NCBI GenBank assembly: GCA_964498575.1 | Contig: CAZCJG010000001.1 | Span: forward strand, 1 to 32,997 | Direction: 5' to 3' | DNA from: an uncultured Anaerolineales bacterium | GTDB lineage: Bacteria > Chloroflexota > Anaerolineae > Epilineales > Epilineaceae | DNA length: 32,997 nt | In this document: positions 21,057 to 28,129 of the stretch, piece after piece | Numbering within the stretch: the first letter of the stretch is position 1 | Layout of the letters: each line of letters opens with the position of its first letter | Made by a program: the position numbers and the translations under genes | The notes under the pieces: generated by a model | Databases searched by the model: none | What the model saw: the letters and a program-made list of their open reading frames with translations, nothing else | Told to the model about the DNA's origin: nothing

Positions 21057-23087
21057 CTAGCCCCGCCCCCACGGCAGGAAGGCCCGGATCGCCCGCACGA
21101 TCGCCTCCACCGGCCCATGGATCCGCGGCGCACCCGCAGCCACCGCGTCCACGACCTCGAGCCGGTACGCGAAGGCGCCCACGCCCGGCGCGTCCGCCAC
21201 CGCGTAGCGCGCCCCGCCCGTGGCCCCGCCGCGCGCCGGCACCAAGCCGCCGACGGCGATCCACGGACCATCCCCGCTCGCGCGCTGCACCCGGAAGCCC
21301 GCGGAATCGACTTCGCTGGCGGTCTCCCAGGTAACGCGGACGCGGCCGGTGGGATCGGCCACGGCGGCGAAGTGGGTGATCTCGGCGGCGGTGGGGGCAA
21401 TGGCGGTGGGTGTTGCTACCGGTGTCTGGGTGGGCAGGGGGGTGAGCGTGGCTGGCGGTGTGGGCGTGGCCGGTTCGAGCTCGTAGGCGCCGACGTCGCA
21501 GTTGGTGAACTGGGGCCGTGTGACCCCACGCTGGTCGGACGTGTAGGTCGTCCCGCAGCCGTTCTGGCCGGGCGGGATCTGGTCCTGCGCGGCGCTGCCC
21601 GAGCCCAGGGCGTGGGTCTGGGTCGTCCCCGGTGGATTGGAGGCGAGCGGTCCGAGCATGAGCGCCCCGGCGCCGACGCCGTCCTGGTCACCGGTCCCGG
21701 TGAACCCGCAGCTCGTGGTGCTCTCGATGTTATAGCCCCCAGAGACGAAGTTGCCGCCGGAGCAGTCCGTGCCCGCCGCCTGGCCGGCGACGATGCTGTT
21801 TTGGAAGGTCACGGTGCTGTAGCCGACGTAGTAGCTGCTGAAGGCGCGCACGCCCCCGCCGATGCTCGCGCTGTTGCCGGTGACCGTCGCATGGGTCAGG
21901 CTCACCACGCCGGTGGAGACGTAGATGCCCCCGCCGTTGTTGGCTGCGGTGTTGCCGCTGATTGTGCCGTTGGTCAGGCTCACCGTGCCGAACGCGGCGA
22001 AGATGCCGCCGCCGCTGCCGGCCGCCGAGTTGCCGCTGATCGTGGTGTTGGTCAGGTCCAGCCTGCCGCTCCCAGTAAAAATGCCGCCGCCGATGATGCC
22101 CGACGTGTTGCCGCTGACCGTGGCGCTGGCCAGGGTCACGCTGGCGCCGCTGATGGCGGAGATGCCGCCACCGTTGCCGGCCGCCGAGTTGCCGCTGATC
22201 GTGGCGCTGGTCAGGCCCAAGGTGCCGACCGAGATGTAGATGCCGCCGCCGCGGCCGGTGTCCGCCGTGTTGCCAGAGATCGTCGCGCTGGTCAGGCTCA
22301 CGACGGCGCCCACGGCGTAGAGGCCGCCGCCGGTGCTCGCCGAGTTGCCGCTGATCGTCACGCTGGTCCCGTTCACCGTGCTGCCAGCGGCGTGGATGCC
22401 GCCGCCCCGGAAGTAGGCCGTGTTGCCGCTGATGGTCGTGCTGGTCAGGCTCAGCGTGCTGGAATCGACGAAGATGCCGCCGCCATTCGCGGCCGTAGAC
22501 CCCCCGGTGATCGTCGCGTTCGAGAGCGCGAGGCTCCCACCGCCCGTGACGCGCAGGACCCCGAACGCGCCTTCCGCGTCCAGGGTAGTGGTGCCGTTGC
22601 CCTGAATCGTGACCACCGTGGTGACGTCCGGCAGCGCCGCGCCGTAGTTCGTGTCCAGCGAGTAGGTCGTGTTGGCATTCTGGAAGTTGATCGTGTCCGG
22701 CCCGCTGCCCGCCGGGCAGCTCCCCGTCGCCATGTCGGTATTGGCCGCGGTGATGGCATCGTCGAGCGTGCAGCCGCTCCCCGTGCGGTCCACCGTAATC
22801 GCCGCCGCCTGCGCCTGCCCGGCCGCGAGCGCCAGGAGCAGCGCCGCCGCCGGCAGCGCCCAGGCCCAGCGCCGAGCCCAGGCGCGCCGCAGCCGGCGCG
22901 GGAGCGCCGCCAGCCGGGCGCGGAGCTCACCCAGGTGCTCGCGGAGCGCGGCCAGGCGCCGCATGAACAAGCTCGCCCGCCACCGATCCCCGGCGGTCGC
23001 GGCGAGGTGTGCGCGCAGGGCGGCCGGGTCGGGCTGCGGGGGCGGGTGGTCCGCGGGATCGGTGGCGGGGGGTGGATGGAGGGGCAT
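21057..23087 (-). CDS. Secreted right-handed beta-helix repeat protein, choice-of-anchor-Q-like, with CSLREA-like N-terminal motif, PT-rich linker and C-terminal Ig/Fn3-like domain
   Basis: Signal-like segment: WAWALPAAALLLALAAGQAQA-AA, preceded by an Arg-rich extension of 40-80 aa (alternative start ATG 22964). CSLREA-like motif: GSGCTLDDAITAAN. About nine repeats of 22-27 aa, h-S-L-T-x-x-T-I-S-G-N-[ST]-A-x-x-G-G-G-I, span nt 21843-22535. The motif DQRGVTRPQFTNCDVGAYE is, as far as I recall, the hallmark of choice-of-anchor Q domains. The C-terminus ends ...VEAIVRAIRAFLPWGRG. Confidence 0.8.
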   Translation of the reverse strand: MPLHPPPATDPADHPPPQPDPAALRAHLAATAGDRWRASLFMRRLAALREHLGELRARLAALPRRLRRAWARRWAWALPAAALLLALAAGQAQAAAITVDRTGSGCTLDDAITAANTDMATGSCPAGSGPDTINFQNANTTYSLDTNYGAALPDVTTVVTIQGNGTTTLDAEGAFGVLRVTGGGSLALSNATITGGSTAANGGGIFVDSSTLSLTSTTISGNTAYFRGGGIHAAGSTVNGTSVTISGNSASTGGGLYAVGAVVSLTSATISGNTADTGRGGGIYISVGTLGLTSATISGNSAAGNGGGISAISGASVTLASATVSGNTSGIIGGGIFTGSGRLDLTNTTISGNSAAGSGGGIFAAFGTVSLTNGTISGNTAANNGGGIYVSTGVVSLTHATVTGNSASIGGGVRAFSSYYVGYSTVTFQNSIVAGQAAGTDCSGGNFVSGGYNIESTTSCGFTGTGDQDGVGAGALMLGPLASNPPGTTQTHALGSGSAAQDQIPPGQNGCGTTYTSDQRGVTRPQFTNCDVGAYELEPATPTPPATLTPLPTQTPVATPTAIAPTAAEITHFAAVADPTGRVRVTWETASEVDSAGFRVQRASGDGPWIAVGGLVPARGGATGGARYAVADAPGVGAFAYRLEVVDAVAAGAPRIHGPVEAIVRAIRAFLPWGRG

Positions 23088-23251
23088 GCGGGGGATCCTG
23101 TCGTGCGGTAGGGCGCGGTGTCGATGCGCTGTTCAGTTTAACGGAGTAAGTACGACTCAAGATACGGCCCTACGTTGCAGTTCTTGAGGGATCGAGCGAG
23201 CGGAGCAAGGCCGGTGAGGGGGTGGGGTGAACTATAATCCCAAGCCGACCC

Positions 23252-24178
23252 ATGAATCCACCGTCGACATCCACTCCTCCCATCCTCTGGACTCCCGTGC
23301 CCTGCGCCCTCTGCGGCGCCGACGCACCGCGCCCGCTGCTGGTCGATCGCGTCCGCCGCCAGGGCGCGGTCTACGACTTCCAGGTCGTGCGCTGCGGCCG
23401 GTGCGGCTTCGTCTACGTGACGCCGCGGGGCAGCGGGACCGTTTTCAGCAACCTCACCGGCGGCGCGGCGCGGCGGGACGCGGCGGTGGCCAACGCGCCG
23501 ATCTATACCCGCGGCCTGGCGGCGCTGCGGCGGGCGGGGCTGCCGGAGGGCGGGCGGATCCTGGACCTGGGCTGCGCGCGGGGGGACTTCCTGGCCTTCG
23601 CGGCCGAGCACGGCTATCGGGCGATCGGCGTCGATCTCCACCCCGGATTGTCGGACGAGGCGCGCGCCCGCGGCTTCACGGTCCATACCGGCGACCTGCG
23701 CGACCTGGTGGATGGCGGCCAGGCGGCGCTCGGGCCGGACTTCGACGCGGTGACGCTGTGGGACGTGATCGAGCACGTCGACGACCCGGTCGCGGTCCTC
23801 GCCGCCTGCCGCGCGGTGCTGCGGCCGGGCGGGCTGCTGTTCTTCCACACCGGCAACGCCCGGTTCCAGATCCCGAAAGCGCGCGTGCAGAAGCTGCTGC
23901 GGCCGGACGGCGGGCCCTACCTCATCCCCTACCAGCACATCTCGCACTTCGATCCCGAATCCGCGCGATCCGTCCTGGCGCGCGCCGGGTTCGAGCCGCG
24001 GTCGGTGTTCTTCGCGGGGACGCTGCGTTATCGCCAGGCCTGGAAATACGGGGCGATGGCCGCGCTGAACGCCGTCGGCGCTCTCCCGGCGCGCTTCGGC
24101 GGTCCGCTGTGGACAAATGCGATGGGCGCGATCGGGCAGAACCCGGTTGGGGACGGTCCTGGGCATCCCACAACATAG
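23252..24178 (+). CDS. Class I SAM-dependent methyltransferase with N-terminal Cys4 zinc-ribbon-like motif
   Basis: Cys motifs: CALCG..x20..CGRCG. Motif I: RILDLGCARGDFLAFAAEHGYRAIGVDL. Post-I/II: DAVTLWDVIEHVDDP and LRPGGLLFFHT. TATAAT at 23233-23238 lies 13 nt before the ATG, and there is no SD. Confidence 0.85.
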   Translation: MNPPSTSTPPILWTPVPCALCGADAPRPLLVDRVRRQGAVYDFQVVRCGRCGFVYVTPRGSGTVFSNLTGGAARRDAAVANAPIYTRGLAALRRAGLPEGGRILDLGCARGDFLAFAAEHGYRAIGVDLHPGLSDEARARGFTVHTGDLRDLVDGGQAALGPDFDAVTLWDVIEHVDDPVAVLAACRAVLRPGGLLFFHTGNARFQIPKARVQKLLRPDGGPYLIPYQHISHFDPESARSVLARAGFEPRSVFFAGTLRYRQAWKYGAMAALNAVGALPARFGGPLWTNAMGAIGQNPVGDGPGHPTT

Positions 24179-24182
24179 ACCG

Positions 24183-25367
24183 ATGCACGTCGCGATAGAC
24201 GGCCGCGTCATCACGGATCACTTCCCCGGTATCGGGCGTTATGTCTACCACCTGGTCGACGCCTTGGCGCGGATCGCGCCGGACGACCGCTTCGCCCTGC
24301 TGTGTACGCCGGAGCAGCTTCCCCGAGCTTCCGTTACGAATCTCCGCTATGAGCTGACGACCCTCGCCGCGCACCCCAACGTCCACCTGGTCCCCATCGA
24401 CGCCCCGGTCTTCAGCCTGTCCGCCCAGTGGCGCCTGCCGAGAGCGCTGGCCGCCGCGCGGGCGGACGTGTTGCACGCGACCTACTGGGTCGGCGCCTAC
24501 CGGCCCGGTGTGCCGACCGTCCTCACGCTCTTCGACCTGATCGGCGCGCGCGTGCCCGGCGCCGTGCCGGGACCGCGGCGTCGGGCGCTGGACCTCGCGG
24601 TGCGGCTGGCGCTGCGCGGCGCGCGGGAGGTGTTGACTCTGTCCGAAGCGTCCAAACGAGACTTGGTGGCGGTCGCGGGCATCCCGCCGGACAAGGTGAC
24701 CGTGACGCCCCTGGCGGCGGACGCGCGCTTTCGCCCGGTGGAAGCCGCGGTGGTCGCGGAGATCCGCGCGCGGCTGGGCCTACCTTCGCGCTACGCGCTC
24801 TACCTCGGCATCAACAAGCCGCACAAGAACCTCGGCACGCTGATCGAGGCCTGGGGACGGGTCGCCGCCGAGCATCCGGACCTCGCCGCGAGCGCCGAGC
24901 TAGTGATCGCCGGCGCCTGGGACCCGCGCTATCCGGAGGTCCGCGCGCAGGCCGACGCGCTGCCCGCCGCCGCACGGACGCGCTTTATCGGGCCGGTTGC
25001 CGAGGCCGACCTGCCCGCGCTCTACAGCGGAGCGGCGCTCTTCGCCTTTCCCTCGCGCTACGAGGGCTTCGGCCTGCCGCCGCTGGAGGCGATGGCCTGC
25101 GGCACGCCGGTCGTCGCCGCGGGCGTGACCAGCCTGCCCGAGGTCGTCGGCGACACCGGCAGGCTGGTCGATCCAGACGATGTCGCGGACTGGGCACGCG
25201 CGCTGGCGGAGATCCTGGCGGACGAGGCGCTCGCGGCGGAGCTGGGCGCGCTGGGGCGGGCGCGGGCGGCGGCCTTCACCTGGGAGGAGACGGCGCGGAG
25301 GACGATGGCGGTGTATCGGCGGGCGGCGGGGCAACCACAAGATTCGCGGGCTGTGCGCCGGTCATGA
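24183..25367 (+). CDS. GT4-family glycosyltransferase
   Basis: The ORF 24117..25367 is trimmed to ATG 24183, 4 nt after the methyltransferase stop (MHVAIDGRVITDHFPGIGRYVYHL). C-terminal region: LFAFPSRYEGFGLPPLEAMACGTPVVAAGVTSLPEVVGDTGRLVDP. Confidence 0.88.
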   Translation: MHVAIDGRVITDHFPGIGRYVYHLVDALARIAPDDRFALLCTPEQLPRASVTNLRYELTTLAAHPNVHLVPIDAPVFSLSAQWRLPRALAAARADVLHATYWVGAYRPGVPTVLTLFDLIGARVPGAVPGPRRRALDLAVRLALRGAREVLTLSEASKRDLVAVAGIPPDKVTVTPLAADARFRPVEAAVVAEIRARLGLPSRYALYLGINKPHKNLGTLIEAWGRVAAEHPDLAASAELVIAGAWDPRYPEVRAQADALPAAARTRFIGPVAEADLPALYSGAALFAFPSRYEGFGLPPLEAMACGTPVVAAGVTSLPEVVGDTGRLVDPDDVADWARALAEILADEALAAELGALGRARAAAFTWEETARRTMAVYRRAAGQPQDSRAVRRS

Positions 25368-26967
25368 TGGGCACGGGATCGACGGCTTCCAGGTTCTCGT
25401 CGATGCGGTAGATCGCCAGACCATCACCCGTCGCCACAACCAGGCGATCGCCGGTCAGCCAGGCGGTTTCGCGCCAGTCCGCGCTGCCGGCCGGTTCCCG
25501 CGGGGCGAGTGCCGGACTACCGAGGCGCGTGCCGCCGGGCCGGATGCCGCCTTCCGGCGTCCGATCCCAGAAGGGAAAACTGAAGCGCTCGCCATCGGGC
25601 GACCAGGCGAAGTTGTTGAGCTCGGGCGGCGCAGCGGCGGAAAAGACGCTGCGCGTGCTATCCAGGCCGGCGAGGACGAGGTCGGGCGCGGCGGAGGGAG
25701 CCGATGCCGGCGCGCTGGCCGGGTAGGCGGCCCGGCTCGGTGTGGGCGGTACCTGGGCTGGTTGGAGGAAGGCGACCCGGCGCCCGTCCGGCGACCACCA
25801 CGCGTTGTAGTCGTTCGTCCAGGGCAAGGAGCCGGGGCCGGCTTCCGCGATGGTCGCGGTGCCGCCGTCAAGGTTCAGCCGCAGGAGGCGGGCGGGGCCG
25901 TCGAAGTAGGCGAGGTCATCGCCAGGGTACTTCGAGGGTGCCGGTGACACGACGAGCAGCGACCGGCTGTCCGGCGCCCAGCGGGGTAGTTGGTAGGGGC
26001 GCCAGTCCGACTCGCTGGCCATCGGCGGGTGCTCGAACAGGACGCGAACGTCGCTGCCGTCGGCGCGCGCAACGGCAATCGTCGCATGCAGTGGCGGCGG
26101 CTGGTCCTCAAGGCGCGTGATCACGACGTGCTGGCCATCGGGCGAGAACGCGAAGTGGCCGCCCTGGCGCGGTGGAAGCAGTTGGCGCGGCTCGCCTCCT
26201 TCCAGCGGCACGGACCACAGGTCGTCGCGATAGGCATAGTTCCAGTCGGGAACCCCATTGTCGGAATCGTCGGACCGGAATTCTTCCTCGGTCGTGAAGG
26301 CAAGGCCCGAGCCGTCGGGCAGCCAATCGTAGAACCACACTTCGGTCCATGATCCCTCGGGCATGTGCTCGGACTTCGGGAGCTGGCGCGTCAGCGTCTC
26401 GACGTCGATCACCAACCGAGGTTCCGCGCCATCCAGCGCGGCGACGTAGACCGGCGCGGGCTCGCGATCGGGACCCTCCGAACGCACCTGGAACGCGACC
26501 CGCCGCCGGTCGGGCGAGAAGCGCGGCGCCGATGGCCAAGACGGTGGCGCCGACGGCGAGAATTGACTCAAGTAGGGTGGCGCCGACGCGCCCGACCGAT
26601 CGGAGACCAGCACTGGCCGTCCATCCGCACCCACCGCCCATAAGCCGCCGCAGTCGGTCCAGCCGATCGCCGCGCCTTCGGGGATCACGCCGGCCGGAAT
26701 GTCGGCGGGCTCGGGCGAGCAAGCCGAGGGAGAGTAGCTGGCGGAGGAGATCGCGGTGGCGGGAGCAGGTTCGGTGGACTCAGTGGGCCGAGTGGACCCA
26801 GCGGACGCGCTGGACAGGGGAGTGGCGTGGTAGGAGTCAGGACCGCGCAGTTGGCTAGGAACGGACGTGGTCGGAGCGGAGCAAGCCGCGGCCAATACGA
26901 GCACTCCGGCGAGCGCAGGGGCGCGATTCAGAGCATGGCGAAAGCTGTGGGAGTGATAGGCTGGCAT
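25276..26967 (-). CDS. PD40/TolB-like beta-propeller repeat lipoprotein
   Basis: Signal/lipobox-like N-terminus: ALAGVLVLAAACSAP, followed by a Ser/Pro-rich linker. Repeated PD40-like motifs: FSPDRRRVAF, FSPDGQHVVI, WAPDSRSLLV, WSPDGRRVAF, WSPDGERFSF. The low-complexity C-terminal tail overlaps the 3' end of the convergent GT4 gene by 92 nt. Confidence 0.8.
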   Translation of the reverse strand: MPAYHSHSFRHALNRAPALAGVLVLAAACSAPTTSVPSQLRGPDSYHATPLSSASAGSTRPTESTEPAPATAISSASYSPSACSPEPADIPAGVIPEGAAIGWTDCGGLWAVGADGRPVLVSDRSGASAPPYLSQFSPSAPPSWPSAPRFSPDRRRVAFQVRSEGPDREPAPVYVAALDGAEPRLVIDVETLTRQLPKSEHMPEGSWTEVWFYDWLPDGSGLAFTTEEEFRSDDSDNGVPDWNYAYRDDLWSVPLEGGEPRQLLPPRQGGHFAFSPDGQHVVITRLEDQPPPLHATIAVARADGSDVRVLFEHPPMASESDWRPYQLPRWAPDSRSLLVVSPAPSKYPGDDLAYFDGPARLLRLNLDGGTATIAEAGPGSLPWTNDYNAWWSPDGRRVAFLQPAQVPPTPSRAAYPASAPASAPSAAPDLVLAGLDSTRSVFSAAAPPELNNFAWSPDGERFSFPFWDRTPEGGIRPGGTRLGSPALAPREPAGSADWRETAWLTGDRLVVATGDGLAIYRIDENLEAVDPVPIMTGAQPANLVVAPPPADTPPSSSAPSPPR

Positions 26968-26981
26968 TGCGGATCAGGACA

Positions 26982-27209
26982 TCACGGCATCTCATCTCGC
27001 AAACGGTTGATGAGATCCAACGTCACGACGCCTGCGCCGGGCTGGATTGGGAACTGCGGCAACCCGTGAATTGTCGTCGCATCAGCCTGTCGCGTCAGAG
27101 CTTGGCGCGCCAGGTCGGACAGCACTTTGCCCATCGTCATGCCCCGCTGCCGGGCCACCTCCCTGACCGCCAGCAGGGCATCGGGATCGAGATCAAAGTT
27201 CGTGCGCAT
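26982..27209 (-). CDS. VapB-like (ribbon-helix-helix type) antitoxin-family protein, no cognate toxin gene adjacent
   Basis: Only the last 75 aa of track ORF 26982..27851 are retained: MRTNFDLDPDALLAVREVARQRGMTMGKVLSDLARQALTRQADATTIHGLPQFPIQPGAGVVTLDLINRLRDEMP. GAGGAACC lies immediately upstream of ATG 27209. The pattern M-R-T-x-h-D-h-D-x-x-L-L, then a basic helix, then a C-terminal G-h-P-x-h-P...VT-x-x-h-h-x-x-L-R-D-E matches VapB antitoxins that normally precede PIN toxins. Confidence 0.65.
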   Translation of the reverse strand: MRTNFDLDPDALLAVREVARQRGMTMGKVLSDLARQALTRQADATTIHGLPQFPIQPGAGVVTLDLINRLRDEMP

Positions 27210-27220
27210 GGTTCCTCGAG

Positions 27221-28129
27221 TTATCCCACCATCACCACCCCGCCCGGCTCGCGCGCCTGGCGGGCGACGAGGTCGTAGCCGGCGCCGTCGACCAGGACGT
27301 GCAGGCGGATGTTGAGGATGCACACCGGATCCTGGCGCTTGGCCGAGTCCATCGACGAGAACAACACGTCCGAGGGATCGACCACCGTGATCGCGCCGCT
27401 GCCGACGACCTCCAGCGTGTCGTCGGGCCCGATGAAGGCGGCGGTGTCCTCGTCCAGCCCGATCCCGACCGGCTCCGGATAGTAGGCCAGCGCGGTCAAG
27501 AGCCGACCGAGCCGATCGCGCTGGCGGAAGTGCTGGTCGATGATCGTCCGCCCCGTCAGCCCCAGGCCGGGCGCCAGGGTGACGATGCTTGCGCGCGGCG
27601 TCGGCCCCTCGTCGCCGAACGCGATCATGTGCTCCGACAGGATTGCCGCGCCGGCCGAGGTGCCGGCGACGTGCGCGCCGGCCCGGCTGCGCGCGCGGAT
27701 CAGGTCCGCCACCGGCGTGCCGCCGATCGTCGTGGACAGCTTGAGCTGGTTGCCGCCGGTCAGGAAGATCCCGCCGGCCTCGCCCAGCGCCGCCAGCCAG
27801 TCCGCCCGCCGGCAGTCCTCGCGCCGCTCGAAGGGCAGCACGCGCGCCCACTGGACGCCCAGGTCGCGGAAGATCCGCTCGTACTTGCGGCCGGTCTCGC
27901 GCAGCAGCGAGGCGGTGGGGATGATCGCGATCCGCGCCGAGCGTCCGCCGCAGAGCTCGGCGAAGCGGCGCAGGATCGCCCGGTCGCGGATCTTCTCCTC
28001 GGCCCCGCCGATCGGAATGATGTAGCCGCGCGGGGAATCCCGATGCCCGTCGGGATCACGAGACCCATCGGCATCCCGATGCTGAGCAGTATCCGGGTCG
28101 CGGTCGGGATGGTGGTGGTTGCCGCTCAT
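27221..28129 (-). CDS. Cyanophycinase (peptidase S51)
   Basis: The track ORF 27221..28699 is trimmed to ATG 28129 (ATGA overlap with the aminotransferase stop). Motifs: YIIPIGGAEEK, RIAIIPTAS, GIFLTGGNQ, HVAGTSAGAAILSEHM (Ser nucleophile), IIDQHFRQRDRLGRLL, VGIGLDEDTA. There is an unusual His/Asp/Arg-rich N-terminal extension, MSGNHHHPDRDPDTAQHRDADGSRDPDGHRDSPRG, and no signal peptide. Confidence 0.9.
   Translation of the reverse strand: MSGNHHHPDRDPDTAQHRDADGSRDPDGHRDSPRGYIIPIGGAEEKIRDRAILRRFAELCGGRSARIAIIPTASLLRETGRKYERIFRDLGVQWARVLPFERREDCRRADWLAALGEAGGIFLTGGNQLKLSTTIGGTPVADLIRARSRAGAHVAGTSAGAAILSEHMIAFGDEGPTPRASIVTLAPGLGLTGRTIIDQHFRQRDRLGRLLTALAYYPEPVGIGLDEDTAAFIGPDDTLEVVGSGAITVVDPSDVLFSSMDSAKRQDPVCILNIRLHVLVDGAGYDLVARQAREPGGVVMVG

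Noticed and set aside
22820-23087. Twin-arginine (Tat) signal in the Arg-rich N-terminus of the beta-helix protein
   Set aside because: Several RR pairs are present (PRRLRRAWARRW), but none sits in the S/T-R-R-x-F-L-K context directly before the hydrophobic core. The long extension may simply reflect an upstream mis-start, with alternative ATG 22964. This remains unresolved rather than called.
21045-23111. ORF 21045..23111 (+, 688 aa) antisense to the beta-helix protein gene
   Set aside because: Its periodicity merely mirrors the GGGI/SGN repeats on the other strand. The translation is Arg/Ala/Gly-rich without a signal or domains. The minus-strand frame has a signal peptide, the CSLREA-like motif and the DQRG..CD.GAYE motif.
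26000-27300. Searched for a PIN/VapC-type toxin next to the VapB-like gene
   Set aside because: The downstream ORF begins with a lipoprotein signal and continues as PD40 repeats. The upstream ORF is cyanophycinase. No ORF of about 130 aa with PIN-like acidic motifs is seen in any frame.
27210-27851. N-terminal 214 aa of track ORF 26982..27851
   Set aside because: It overlaps the cyanophycinase gene out of frame and has Arg/Gly/Pro-rich composition. Only the last 75 aa, starting at ATG 27209 with an adjacent SD, look like a real VapB-like protein.
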